From: Camelus dromedarius
Taxonomy: Eukaryota
Reading direction: 5' to 3'
DNA length: 64,000 nt
Assembly: GCF_036321535.1 (NCBI RefSeq)
Contig: NC_087436.1
Coordinates: forward strand, 5,270,001-5,334,000
The notes under the pieces were generated by a model. The model worked only from the letters and a program-made list of their open reading frames with translations, was not told the origin of the DNA and did no database searches. Position 1 is the first letter of the stretch; each line of letters begins with the position of its first letter. The position numbers and the translations under genes are program-made. Positions 40,476-54,659 of this stretch are shown one piece after another.

Positions 40476-40498
40476 ATATATATATATATATATATATA
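40476..40498 (+). repeat. (TA)n microsatellite
   Basis: Directly visible. Confidence 0.92.
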
Positions 40499-42908
40499 AT
40501 ATATGTAACTATGTTTTTTTACTCAATAATTGTAACTGAAATGGTTTTCTCTTGACCAATATACATTCAGTAGTTTCTTTCTTTAGTCAGCATGGTACAG
40601 AAAATTTATGGGAAAATAGTGCACAGTAAGTATCTTCTAAATTATCATTGGATTCAGGCTCATATAATGCTCTGGAATCACCATTAGTTTCTACTCATCA
40701 TTGCAGAGTGTAAGCAGGATGGAGAAGACAATTAGTAACTGTGATCGCCTTAATTTTTCACTTTATCCCTTCTCCATAAAAAGTCCAGTAGAATATAGTA
40801 TTTATACTATTAAAGTCCAGTATAATAAAAATCCTAAAAGGGGGATTCAATTATAATGACAAAAATGTCTTCACCCCCAAATTTTACATTTCAGTCAAGA
40901 GCAGAATACTTTAGCATGCACACGAAGCTGAAATTTTTAGTAAATCACATATAGAACATATCCAACTAGAATTAGAGTTCAGAACTGTAACTAAATGTCA
41001 CAGTCAACAAATATTCGTTCACTGCCTACTGAGCTCAGGGCACCAGCCGTGGAGCCAGGCTGCTGCAGGGGTCGGGGGGAGGTCCAGGTCACTGCTACCC
41101 ACTCAGGTGTTACATACTTGAACTACAAAGCTCCAAGCAATAATACTAGGGGACCCTTCTACCTCTTGAACCAAGTGACTTTTAAAAGCATATAATGTCT
41201 CCATATTCATAATCTTTAAGGCTTCTTCTTGCCCAAGAGATGGTGGGGGTTGGGGATGGTCCAGGTGGTGGAAGGTGGTAGAAAGCCACCGTTTTAACAT
41301 CACAGCCATGGCCAGGTGTGTGTGCCAATAAATCCAAGAGAACTTATCTGCCAGTTCTCCCACACTCTGCTGCAACCTCAAGAAAACCAGCCAGTCATCT
41401 AGAGCAGGTTTAGAGAATTGAAAAATATTCAACAAAACCTCCTGAGGTTCATGTTTTAAGTGATGGTCTCTCTTGTGGTTCACAAGCATGTGATTATAGC
41501 TAGTTTTAATACTTTCTCTATATTAAACAGAGTCCCTAAAATTAAAACCATAAACCTTTAAATACCAAAGAATTGATGGGACTGCTAAGAATCTATGTGA
41601 GTGTAAAAGAAAAATGTGAAAGTTAAGTTCAAGCAAAAAAGTCTGAAGCATTTCACTCACTGACAAAAATAACGTCATGGGAAGAAATTAAATGAATAAA
41701 TATTTCGTGACAATAGAGGCAGTAAATTAAAGACTATGAATGTCATGCAAATACCACTCATAACCTGCCACTAAAAAGAAAGAGAAGCGTTTTGGAACTT
41801 CAAATGAAACATTTTTATCTAATGTAAAACAAACTGTGGAGTTGGAAACCAAATCTTTCACAGGTCATTTTAAAGTCAAATAAAATTTTAGTACTGCAAA
41901 AATAGACGGTTCTGAAAAGGATTCCTGGGCAAACACTGTTATTTAAGGATTATCTGTCACCAACACTGAAAACATAAATGATGAGTTGGTGCATCTGTTA
42001 AAGGGTCAATTTAACAATGCTTGACAATGAACTAAAACAGCCAAGGAAAGAATGGATGTGTAAAAATAACTCTCCGAAATTAGAAGCCTGTACTATTTTC
42101 TCAGACATTTTCAGAGACTGATTTTTTAAACTGTTTTCTATCAATGAACCACCAATCACCAATGGGAAGATATGACAGAAACTGACTGATCTTTTAATTG
42201 GTTTATTTTTGTTATCTGGCACCCCTCCTACTCCCTTTCCTTCTTCAGATGTCTTCGCGTCTACAGAACTGTCTCCTTGTACACTGAGAGTTTGTTCTTC
42301 TCTAAGATGTTATTCTCGGTCTTCTTCCAAATCCCTGGCAACCTAAAATACTTCTTGGGTTGAAGTCAGTCTCTTCCACAAGCATATGTTCTTTGCATCT
42401 GTAGTAATAGCTCAGAACTCTTCCAAGTCACAAAATCACATTCCCAGGGGCCTCACTAGCCCTTTAAATCAATGGATCCTACTCCAAACTCATTTGTAAG
42501 GTCTAGTCCATTTTCTATTTTGTTTTTCTGGTTTCTACTAATGGAATCCCCATTTCGCCAGCCAGTTAGCCTCAAATTTTCATTATTTTTGACCTTCGCT
42601 TTTGTTTCTGCCATTACATGGCCAATGTAATATGACTGAGATGACTTTTAAACAGAACGTGGCCCAGCACATAGGTAACAGGCATGCGTATTGGTTGCTG
42701 TTGTATCTGTAACTGTCTTCAGTATAGATCATGCATCAGCGCACACGGAAACCTCCCTCCTCCTTAATGAAGTCTCTGTTCTCCAGCCCAGTGACCCACC
42801 TTCAAGCAACAGTGTATTAGTGTGCTACCTGGACACATCTATAAGTGAAACAAGTCTCCCGTATTAAAATGAATACTGGTAACCCCATACTTCCTTAAGG
42901 AATAAGCT

Positions 42909-43384
42909 TGTAACAGGGAAGAACAAATCTGACTCCATATTGAATACGTCCTGAGCTGAGTCGCGCTGGTTCTGCACCTTTTGTAAAAGAATGTTGCCTG
43001 GAGCCTGAAATAGACAGGAGAGCCCGTCCTCAAGGCTCCGACCTTTTAGAGTGTAACACTTTCCCATTCACATAGAGATAGACAGTTGCATAACAGAAAC
43101 TAACATGTCATGTTGGAGGTTTACAGGAACACCGTGACCTGACCCGCGTGGACAGTTGCTAGAACAAAGGATTCTGATACCAAGAAGTCTGCAGCAACCA
43201 ACCACGTCCCCTACCTTTTTAGTATAAAAGGAGCCTGAATTCTGACTTGGGGAAGATGGTTCTCCAGGACATTAGCCCGCATCTTCTTGGTCTGCCAGCT
43301 TTCCAAATAAAGTCATTATTCCTTGCCCCAACACTTTGTCTCCCAATTTGCTGGCCTGTTCAAATGAGTTTGGACTTGGTAACA
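42909..43384 (+). mobile_element. Solo LTR, ERV1-like (copy 3, internal deletions)
   Basis: TG...CA termini, TSD AGCT/AACT, TATAAAA at 43223; lacks the TCTGTTCCTTTGGCTCTAACCC segment present in copies 1 and 2. Confidence 0.92.
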
Positions 43385-43489
43385 AACTCAGGAAGTAAAC
43401 GTATTTCACCAAATATGCTTATTCATGTTTGCTTCTATTAGAGTGAATTTTTAAATGAACACAATTGAGAGGAAAGCTATTTGATTTTT

Positions 43490-44050
43490 TTTTTAACTTT
43501 GGTGTGGTTTTTGTCATACACACATGATAGTTTAATTTTAATAGTCAAAGTGTGAGTCTTTTGTGTCTTATTTAATAAACCATGTCTTATAAAGTCAAAA
43601 GGATATTCTTTTATATTTCACCCCGAATGTTTCTAAAAAAATATTTTTGTTTATGGTATGAGTCATGTTTAATTTCATTTACTTTCCCATATAGATGGTC
43701 AATATTCTAAACATTTCTCCATTCTCTGTCTCGTAAACCAAACTGCTATATGTATGTCAATCAATTTCTGGTCTTTTGTTCTTTTCCATTGTACAGTTTT
43801 GCCTGTTCTTATACAAAAACATCATATAGCTATTATGTCTTTATAATAAGCTTTGATGCCTTGGCTACTCACGGCCGTATACTGTTCTATATCAGCTTTC
43901 AGATTAGCTAATCAATTTCCATGAAATTCTACAAGAATTTCATTCAAATTTTGTTTAATTTATAAAGTTAATGGACAGCACTGTACATAACTGTAATATT
44001 AAATTCTATTGCCAGTAAATGTGGTATTCCTCTTTTCATGTATTTACATT
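43490..44050 (-). mobile_element. Old L1M ORF2 fragment
   Basis: T-rich degraded sequence resembling antisense L1 ORF2 (TTTCCCATATAGATGGTCAAT...TTCTTTTCCATTG). Confidence 0.55.
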
Positions 44051-44559
44051 TCATGTATTTATTTTCTTTTTAAGACTGTTAGAACAACTCCAAAGACAGC
44101 TACTGAAAATGAAAGGAACAGTATAAAACTTCTGATCAGTGTGCCTTTGTCACCTAGGAAATGCCAACATCAGATGTGTGACAACTTCCCAAAGCTGAAT
44201 CTAAGGGTGTGGAACACAAACAGATGCCCGGTGACCATAGTAACCACTGCTATCCTCCTCGAAAATGTCAGATGTTCAAATTTTCTAAATCTTAGCTCAC
44301 TCACCCATCAACAGAAGAGACGCAACCCCACTGAAGTCACATTCACAGCCTTTAACAGTTGTCGAGCTACTGTTTCAGTAACATTTTCATTATTGTCACA
44401 GAGACCCTGCACATCCTTTTTCAGGTGAATTAAATGGTAATAACTCTGTGGCCATTATGAATAGGATAGTTTTTCCACTTTATTTCCCATGGGTTCCTCA
44501 TCACATCACTTTCAGTTTCTCTGTGGTACTTACAGGTCTGATGCCGTCTTACATAACAG

Positions 44560-44712
44560 GCATCTGCTCCACTGCCCATCCCTCCCTTCCAGAAGGTGAG
44601 TTCCTTGACAGCCAGCATCTTGTCTATATCTCTCATTGCTGCATTTCCAGCAACTAGCATAATCCGCTGTCCCAAGGAGGTGCACAATATGTACTTGTTG
44701 AGTTAATCAATT
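44560..44712 (+). mobile_element. L2 3' end
   Basis: GTGAGTTCCTTGACAGCCAG...TGCATTTCCAGCAACTAGCATA...TACTTGTTGAGTTAAT. Confidence 0.65.
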
Positions 44713-46143
44713 CATATTGATCTAATGATATGTCTTACATATAACTATATGATTGTTGGATTTGTCCTGTTTCATGACTCTGGAATCCTGCCATCCACTA
44801 GAATGAGACCAAAGGACCAGCATCATGGCCAAACCAGGAGGATCTACTAAAGGAAGATGAACTGACACCCCCAGTTCATGTCTCCTCCAATCTCTTCTTC
44901 CCTTCTCTTCTTTCCACACATTTATTACACTCAAACAAGTCTTTGCTTGTCTAATTCTACCTTCATGGGATTTCCTTTTTCCTCTCCTCCCCACTCCTAT
45001 CTGTTTATCTCACCCAAAGAAATTTCATTAGGAGAAAAAGTTTAGAGTGTTTTGAACAAACTTCTTAGTGTTATAAAGCCACGAGGCTGAAGTGAACTTC
45101 AAGACATACTTTTGTCTTAAATCTTGCAGGATAGGATGAACACAACGTATTATTTTCTTCTGCTTCTAAGAACTTTCCCTTTGCACGATGCTGTCTTTTT
45201 TCTCTGCAACTAATTCTGCCCCATCATCTTCTTGAACCAGATGGTGCCCCTGCTGTATTTAAATAGCTCTTATCCCCTTCACCTATAAATAAATTGATAT
45301 TACAAAGTTCCTTCCACCAGGCTTATTCATCTAAATTTATCTTTAAAAAAAGAAACATGGGGTTACTGCTTCAAAAGCACACTCAATCCCTACACAGCAG
45401 ATACGTAAACACCACGAAGATTAAGGAATCCTTTTAGAACAGAGCCACTGCCGACGAAGAACTCAATGACTTTCTCACCCGTCCATGTTCACAAGGTATT
45501 CCAACCTTTCCCCCCATTTTAATGCCACTTATTTGTATATTATATCTTGCTATAGTTACACGATGACAGAATCGATGCTTTGTGGAATTGTTGGAAAGTT
45601 TCATTGAAGAAACTGGACAAAGGAAACATAAAGGGGAACAGATAAAAGAAAACACTGAACACTGAGGGACTCAAACGACTGAAAGGAAATGTGGAGGGAA
45701 AATCCTAGAGGTAAACAGCACAGCTGTTCTCAAGCGGAGCGTTTTTGTGTACCAGGCATGGAGCGAAGGAAACCAGCGTGGGAGGGAAAAGGCCACCTTC
45801 CTCGGACGCCTTCCTCTGAACTGCTCAGCTTGAAGGAACAGCTGTGACTTCTCTTAAATAGATGCCAACACAGGGGTTTTAATCAGCTTACGATGGGAAG
45901 TGTGTTCGGAACTCCTTGCAAATATTAGCACTAAAAACAGAGACAAATGGACAGAACTGGAACAAATCTAGGCAATTTATAGGCTGAAAAGGATTAGATT
46001 TTAAAATACTTTCCTGGTGAGGACTGGAAATCCAGAAAACATGAACGCAATCACAAGGACCCAGGGAGTCTAACCGAAAAGTTCCTGTGTCACCCCGAGT
46101 GTGGGGTTTACAAGTGCAAATGAAGATAAGAAATGATGCAGGT

Positions 46144-46168
<25 letters not shown>
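46144..46168 (+). repeat. (TAA)n microsatellite
   Basis: Directly visible. Confidence 0.9.
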
Positions 46169-46174
<6 letters not shown>

Positions 46175-46404
46175 GGGGGGATGAAGAAATTTACTCTAAA
46201 CGGGCCGTGCATAAAGGAACTCATCTGTTACGACTGTCATCTAGTTTAGTGCTTTCAATCATTTTTGCTCAATATGTATATATTTATGTTTTCTTTATGG
46301 ATTCATATAAAGGGTGCTTAAGTATTTCATTCAACTGAAAATGAGTTATGACAGAATCCAGGAAAATTTATTAAAGCAAATACACTGCTTAGAATATACT
46401 GCTT

Positions 46405-46595
46405 AAGATACACACTACTGTATGCAAAATAGATAAACAACAAGGACCTACTGTAGAGCACAGGGAACTATATTCAGTATCTTGTAATAACCTATAATGA
46501 AAAATATGAAAAAGAATATCCATATATATGTATGACTATCACTATGCTGAACACCAGAAACACATTACAAATCAACTACACTTCAATAAATAAAT
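46405..46595 (+). mobile_element. Young L1 3' UTR fragment
   Basis: AGATAAACAACAAGGACCTACTGTAGAGCACAGGGAACTATATTCAG...ACTTCAATAAA. Confidence 0.85.
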
Positions 46596-49500
46596 ATATA
46601 TGTATGTATGTATATAGCGCTTAACTACTTTATGCACAAGCTTAAATAAAAACTTTTTTTTAAAGCTACAGGCTAGTCTGTAACATGTCAGTATTACTGT
46701 AAATAAACATTGGAATCTTGATCATGTGTTGTACACAGAAATACAAAGGTGGTGCCAAGGACATGTCGGTTTCGGAATTTTAGCCCTGTGCGCCTGCCTG
46801 TTGCAGGACTCTGAAGACTAGCTCTCAAACAGTTTTCCTCATAAATCTGCACTTTTTTTTGGTTTTCAATCATTGAATGGCACATTTTAAAGGAATAAAA
46901 CTAATTAAAGAATGAATAATAAAAACCCTAATTTAAGGTTATAAAAATAAACCTCTTAAGAAAACCCACACACAATATAAGATCGCTAAGCCTCTAATTT
47001 CCCGCTGCAGGTTAAAAATAACAGCTTGCCCACTCCAGCCACACCTGGGCCACTTACCACAGCAGTCACATCTGCTGTCATTTACCGTGCTCTCCCTAAA
47101 CATGATGTGATGAAGTTTATTTGTACACATACACACACAGGCACACACATCACTAAACCCAAGTGCAGAACAACGGACCAGAAGTGTGGATTTCTGGGAA
47201 GCCAAAGCCAGGAGGCTGCGGCCTGAAGGAAATGCACACGAGGCTAGGTCTTCAAACGCCAAAAGCTGAGGAGGATTTGTTTTCCTCAGCACACACATTA
47301 GCAGACACCGCTGGTGGTGCCGCTTTGGTGCACTCCAACAGGAGGACCCTGTTGACCCAAAGCTCCAAAGGACCGGCCAGGGCGGGACGCGGACACAGCC
47401 CGCCGTGACCTCATCCCATCCGAACGCCTGGGGCCCACCTGTCCGACTCCCACAACCTGCAATGGATGCTCACAGGCCTTCACTGCTCTTTAACTGAAGG
47501 GTATGTGTAAGTTTTATCTCCTTAACTAGATGGACATTACTTATGGCCACAAAATACACCTGATTGTGTTTTCCTTTTCAACCCTCCCCGTTAATTCTAC
47601 TGAATATAGAATTTCCAATGGTTCCATCTTTGAGAAGAATGACTCTGTACACAGTAAGCACTGAGGTACATATGCATTTTGGGGTTTCTATGAATTACAA
47701 AATTCGTTCAGACTGTCGGTTAGTCTTTTGTTAAAAAACTCTTACACTGACCAAGAATGTATACATAACGTTAAACCCATAATGAGCTTCACAAAAGACA
47801 CAAAACACCTACTATTTATTACAACTGCCCTCTTCGAACACTAGGTTTTTCCAACTGCCTTCCACCCACCAATATTAGCAGCTCGCTGATTGGCTGAGGA
47901 AAACCGCTGGACCACAGCTCTCATCCCCCACACCCAACGCCCATGGTGACAATGACAACCGCTCCTTCCTGGCGGTCTAGGTCAGAACCCTGGTGGCTGA
48001 AAGCATGGGAATTGTACCGCTAGAAGTTGTTCATATGATTTTGGTTAGCACATAAAAATGCCATGCTATTTTAACAGTTGATAATTCACTCTAATAGATA
48101 TTAAACATCTGCAAATGATACTTTGTTTTCACGGACATTTCTTGCTGCTTCTGTTTTAAAATCTATTTCTTTAAGAGAAAAGTTGTTCAATTTTAAGGAA
48201 AAAATATTTAGTGACTAATTTAGTGAGTAACAGGTGGGGATAATTTTGCTAAAAAGTGTGAAAGCATGTAATGCCAAGTCGAGTCTGGAGGAAAGGCGTC
48301 AAGGTCCTGACGATGGGAACGAGGCTGATGTGTTCATTGTTTTATACCAAGGGCCTCGTGCATTCGTTGGGCTTATCATGATCTTAATAAACATTTGTGG
48401 AACACATATAGTACATAGATCTTGTCACTGGATTTTAAAAATAATGTATCAGCTTTGAGCAAAAGACATCATAATTACATATGCAAAGTAATTCAGTGAC
48501 TATGAAACTCTCGGTGCTGGAAAGACCTTTCTTACTAAACTGTCTGAAACTACCACAAGTCAATCTGGTCAAACCCCTGCAAGCCAGGTTCAGCCACGAA
48601 TGACAGCTAGATAACAGATTTGGCATCTCCTGTCACATGTGCACATATCCTCACTGGCAAGAGCAGTTCTCAGGCGATTAAGAAGACTGAAGGGGTGTGG
48701 CATGGCCAGATTCCAGACACGAAGTACCTTCTACGTTCCAATCAAAGCCAACAGCTCATCAGCACTTTGGGCATCAGCTCTAATATAAGACATTAAATTA
48801 CAAGATGTTCAAAAACCACACTGTGTTGTTGTATAATTGTACAACAGTATAACCGTGAAAATGCACAGCTGTGTATTACACAGTTAATAAATTGTCTGAC
48901 CTCTAATAAACATGGGAAGAAAAATTAATACACCATAAAGACGGCCTCTTTCAAAGAATTTAAGAAGTAAAATACTCCAGACCGCAGGCTGTATATCCAT
49001 ATTTATTTCAATCCTTAAAACATTGATTAAATATCCAGTTTGAAGACTCAAACAAAAGACCATCTTGCGTTTAAAGTGGTTTCTAAGACAGACCCAGGGG
49101 AGCCATAAAGACGCAAATATAATTACAAATTATGATGAGCGAAACCGATCTCACGCAATTGGGGAGAGTCTCCACGTATAAGAACGTCAGTGCAGCTGAA
49201 ATAAAAAAAAAAAATCAGTAGCTTACCTAAGATTTAGCTCAAGAAGTCCAAAAAGCCAACCCGCCTGAAAAAAAGGAATCTTCCCTCCCGCTGCCTCTTG
49301 GTCAAAAACACTGGACACGTGTCAGACAAGATGAACATTCCTCTATTTGATAACTTACTGTTGAAATGACCAGGGTCACTTTAGGTGTATGCAGCGCCTT
49401 TTATGTGATGGGTCACGTAGAGACTGCAGCCATCAGAACGCAAAGCAAACATAATGGGTGAGTGAGAAAGTTAAGAGAGATGGCATTTAACATGTGTGAA

Positions 49501-50527
49501 AACGGACATTTAAATGTTAACCTGTCACGAGCAGAGTGCACCCAGAAACACAGGAGCTAAGTGCCCGTGGAGGGATGTACGGGTGTCTGTGCTGTCTCCC
49601 TTTGCATCACAATAACAGAATAGGAGGCCATGAAGATTAAGGACAGCATAGCTCACTGGGAACTGGCTGGATCTAAAGCTCATGAAACTTCCCTCTACTT
49701 GGTTGAAGAGGGACTGTGACCCTCATCCAAGCAGATGCTGACCCTTGAAAAAGTCCCCCACCTCCCTGCCAGTAAAACCCAGTGCCCACCAGATGTCTCT
49801 TCACTCAATCAAGGTAAGTGGTAAAATAAATATATGGATACTATGAAAAAAATGACTGCAGCACAGACAAAGGGTACTATCATCCCGACAAATCAGATCA
49901 AAGATGACCGAGCACAGAAGCGTGACGAAAGAATTCTAAGACTGTTCTACATCGTCAGTGAATTGCTGGGGAACCAGGACCCCCGAGCTGTGGGAGATGT
50001 GAGCTATGGAACACAAATAACAGAGATTCAGCCATGATACACACTTATGGGAAAGAAAATGGAAACTTGGGACAGAAACAGAATCAAATGCAAATACTTG
50101 GTTGTGTGGAAGAAGAAAAAAAACAAACAAAACAAAATAACAATGTGAGTAAACAGATAAAAAGTTCCCCCACTGTCCTTTACAAACTTACTGAAAGCAG
50201 CTCTGTTCCTAATCATTTCCCCACAATATTTTAACGTATAAAAATACAGGGAGAATCCTCGAGTAAACTTCAGATCACTTATTCTGTTTATTCTTCCCAA
50301 TACATCTTTGAATTAAGTACTACTTAATCTCCTAGTTAATAGCTAAGAAAACTGAATCACAGAGAATTACACAGGACCCTGGAGGCAGGGTTTATGGATG
50401 GCACCACAAGGAGAAAGAGGGAAAAGGCCTATATAAACGTGAGTCACTGTCCACGTCGCTAAGAGTCATGGTTACTCCGATTCTCCTGATTGCGCTGCTT
50501 AACTCTTCTTTAAATGTGAGTTTACAA

Positions 50528-50657
50528 GGGGGAGCTCAGTGGTAGAGTGTGTGCTTAGCATGCACGAGGTTCTGGGTTCAATCCCCAGTACCTCCTCTGA
50601 AAAATAAATGCATAAATCCAATTACCTTCCCCCTAAGAAGAATAAATAAATAAAAGA
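50528..50657 (+). mobile_element. Vic-1-type SINE
   Basis: AGCTCAGTGGTAGAG...GGTTCAATCCCCAGTACCTCC, (AATA)n tail. Confidence 0.9.
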
Positions 50658-51085
50658 TAAATATGAGGTTGTAACATCAGTTCCTTCTTCATAACATAGA
50701 ATTTCTGGTGAGAACTTTGGAATATGCTTAAAATATTAAAACTATACATTGTTTTTCATATTATTTGTTAGGATAAGAGGATCTTTATTAAAATTATGGA
50801 ATGTGGATGGTTTTCTCACCATTAACAGCCTACTTTCATTTGCTGAAACACCATCAAAGCAAAACATGCCAGAACAAAGGCTAAGCACAACACGCTGTTC
50901 CCTTACGAGAGTGTAAGAAATGCATCTTCCATTAACAGATCAAACAGAGCTATATTATGCCTTTCAGCAGTCAAAAACAATACCTAATCTAAAAAGAGGG
51001 GTGCATTTATTTAAATATCTCAGATTAATCATTTCAATATCACCTAACAATGAATAGCTTCTACACATCCTCCTAATAAAAAAAT

Positions 51086-51222
51086 GTTTTTTTTAAATTG
51101 AAGTATAGTTGATTTATAGTTTTGTGTTAGTTTCTGGTGTACAGCACAGTGAGTCAGTTTACATAAATAAATGTATATTTTAACATACTTTTCATTATAG
51201 TTAGTTACTGAATATAGAGATA
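51086..51222 (-). mobile_element. Young L1 3' tip
   Basis: TTTTAAATTGAAGTATAGTTGATTTA...TTTCTGGTGTACAGCACAGTGA. Confidence 0.8.
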
Positions 51223-54200
51223 GTTTTGTTTTTAACATTGCTCTCTTTTAATCTAAAATTACGACAATTTTTAAGGGGCACATTCAAAGGGCCATAACTT
51301 AATAATTCTAGGTAACTTATAAAATTATAATAGGATTAGTGATGCATTGTGTAGGCTATTTTTATAAAAATCTCTTCTTTCTTCTTGATTCCATTCCAAA
51401 CCCTGCAAAAACTATTCGTATATTGTAATCAAGTATCCCGCTGAGAAAATACTATATGTAAAGCCTTGTTCGAGAGACTGTGGAGGTAAAAACAGAAATT
51501 CCAAAATTCTACGATTGTATAATCAGGAAGTAAGGCAAGATGTAATAGCCAACTTCATATTTGTATGTAATGAATACTAAATGCCTGTTACAAACACTGG
51601 AGTGCCAAGAAATTCAGAAGCACTGTTTCCTCCTCTGAGGTCATCTCTTTGGGGTCCCCACCCCACCCCCTTAACCCACATCCCAAATTTTCTTCTCAGT
51701 GGCCGTCCTCGGCTCACGGAGACTCCCCGTCATTGTGCAGGCTAGGACAGGACCCCGCTCGGAGGTGGCTGCCCCAGACTGTCTTTCACAGCACACACAG
51801 TAAATGCAACAAGGCTGATCAGGTCTCTGCTGCTCACGTACCCAACCAGACGGTAAGCTCCTTAGGTAAGGAACAAGGTTTGTCTTTCAACCAGCACACT
51901 GCAGGACTCACCCGTGGGCTTTGTACGCACAAGGCACTCAAATATTTGCGGAAGTAGCCAATGGCTGGGATAGAGAGTTATCTGTGATTTCGATCCAGGA
52001 AAGGAGAGCAAGAAAGTCCTCAGCTTGTTGGGGAAGGTATGAGCCAGGGGCAGGCAAGTCCCGTCTGATCCAACCGTCGTGAAATGGCTGAGGAAGTAGG
52101 ATGCCGCCGAAATACAGCGGCATGCACTTGGCTAGGGATACAAGTCACCACAAAAACGATTTCAACATTATAATGAACAGATCGGTATAGATAGTATCAT
52201 TCTGTTGCTCAAAAACATTCATGGCTTCGCAGTGCAGACAACAGTAGTAGAGCATCACTGGTCTAGTGTTCAAAACCTTTTCCTCTAACTGGGAGAGAAT
52301 CTTTACACAGCCTGTAAGCTCCACCTCTAGCACTGTCCTATAATAAACGAACAGGGCTAGAACTTCAGAATCAGAGAATAATGACTCACTTCCGGAAGGA
52401 ATTCCTCCAAAGCATTTCCATGTCTGATTTATCCTGGCATTTCCAAAGACTAGTATTTACTACTCGGCATCTTAGAGGTCCTAAGCAACTGGAATGCGTC
52501 TGACTTTGAGCCTTCCCAAACCTTGGCTAGCTGTGTGACCACGACGGATTTACGTGACATCTCTGTGCCCCGGATAGTTCTTCTGTAAATGTAGATGCTG
52601 TCAGTTGCCTTATGGAGTGGTTCATGCATAGTGTCTGCTCCAAAGTCAGTCCACTCTTTTCCCCATTCCTCTTTCTTCTGGAGGTTTCCTTGCTGCTTGC
52701 TTTACAGTGAAAAGCCTTGATAAATCTTAGAAGTTTAGTTTGAACAACACAACAAAAGGCGACCCTTAAACCATTCTGTCTGTTGACATCACAATAAGGA
52801 AAGGTTTGTCCCTGCAAGTTGATGAGAATAACTAACTCATTTCTGTTATTGTCACAAGGTATTTTGAAAGACTTACTTGCACATTTCTGGATAACAAAAA
52901 TCTACCAAGATCTGAGGGTCCACCATCCAGTCCCGTGGAGCAAAGCCGGAGGAGGCAGGTTGATTTAGATTTCAATTCCTCGCTGCCTCTTGTAAGTTGC
53001 TTACTTTCTTAAAGCCCTCCCCCTTAGTAAAAAGCCTCAGAGTGACATATATTTAAAAAAAAAAAAAGCCAAATCTCTAAGGCACAAGAAAACCAAACAA
53101 CTGGGTGTCACTAGCAAACACAGTACATTAATAATAAAGGATAAAACTGCTGACGCCTTTAAGCCTTTCTACAAACAAGGGGCATTTAGTCCAACTTCCA
53201 GTATTCTAAAGCATGACTTACAGACATTTTCTAGCTACTGAATAGAACATGCAGATTTTCATTGTTTTGATTTTAAACAATAACATGCTATTTTCCCTCT
53301 CCTGAAATACAGTTCTTTCAAAGCCTCCAGTGAAAAAGAGCCTTTCACTCCTATAAGTGAAAATGTATCAGTTACTTTTCTGACCATAGATTTCCAGGCA
53401 GACTTAGAATTCTAAGCCACATTTTTTTATCTCAAATAGTAAGTCTCCCACATACATACCCGGCTGTTTCATTATTTTGCAACCGAAAAATCTGTATTAA
53501 CTTTGAAAGTTGAGTCTTTAGTCTCAAAAATCTTAGCATTCATAAATCTGTCTTTTACTCCTTTTGTAAAATGGTAACCAAGGCATTTTCTGACGAAAAT
53601 ATTTTAGGGAATACAAATTGCATCAAGACTCAAAAACTTTAAGAGAATTGTCTCCACTATTTCTAAGAAGTCATGATTGTATGTACAGAAATACAATTAA
53701 TCATATAATCAGCTGAAGATGAAGAAATACTAAGGCAGTTATCCTTAAATGTGCATTTAAGGCCCTAAATATAAGACAACCTAAGAAAGACTCCAAAAAA
53801 ATACTATAAGATAGTAAAAATGACCGTGTTACATACATAAACACACAGGGCAAACAGAAGCCGCACCTGATGCTTATGATTCTAGAAAGTCGCATATGGA
53901 TAACGATAACTCTTCTCTCTTCTTAAAAAGCTTAAACGTTCTTCAGTGGAGCTCTTTTCACTAAAAGCAGTCGGCAGTAGATTCTGAAACAGGTTTCCCT
54001 ACAGTCATTTTAAGCACAAGTTTAAATGAACTCTATTGTTACGATACCTGCACCTTTCAGTCCCATTGTATAATCGAGGAAAAGCCACTCAGTGACTCTG
54101 GCTTGACGGCCTCACTGGTCTAGCCCCAATGTCACGTCTACGCACTTTTCTGAATGTGTCTTCGTCTAGATCAAACCATACTGCATTCTTTCACATACTG

Positions 54201-54659
54201 TCGTATTTTTTCTATTATTTCAGAATATTGTGCAGTCGGAGAAGACCTCAGAGATCATCAGCTCCAACTCCTAATTTACATACAAGGAATATTTGACTGA
54301 GCACCATGGTATGACACAAAGCTGCTGGATGAAAGGTACCTGGGTTTTCGGACGCTGAAATTGGAAATGCAGCCCGGTGATCTCGGAGTCTTGGACTACA
54401 GCTCATCCTAGCTGCTGCATCACGTTCTCTTCACATGCTCACAAGCAGCCTTTCAGGGCAGGGGCTAGGTCAACTCTGCTTGTGAAATGCTTTAAAAATG
54501 CGCACGTTCAAATATAGTTGCCTTGATCGTTACACTGCCCGGGTACCATGTGCTGAAGAAGACAAATTAGCTAGGATGATTCCAGCGATCATTTACTATT
54601 AGGCGTCACTGTCACTGGATTATAGCAGTCTTTTTTCTTTACAACTGTTTATTGTTGCT

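Noticed and set aside
31368..43384. Full-length provirus between LTR pairs
   Set aside because: Each LTR has its own TSD; no primer-binding site, polypurine tract or gag/pol/env remnants were seen between them.
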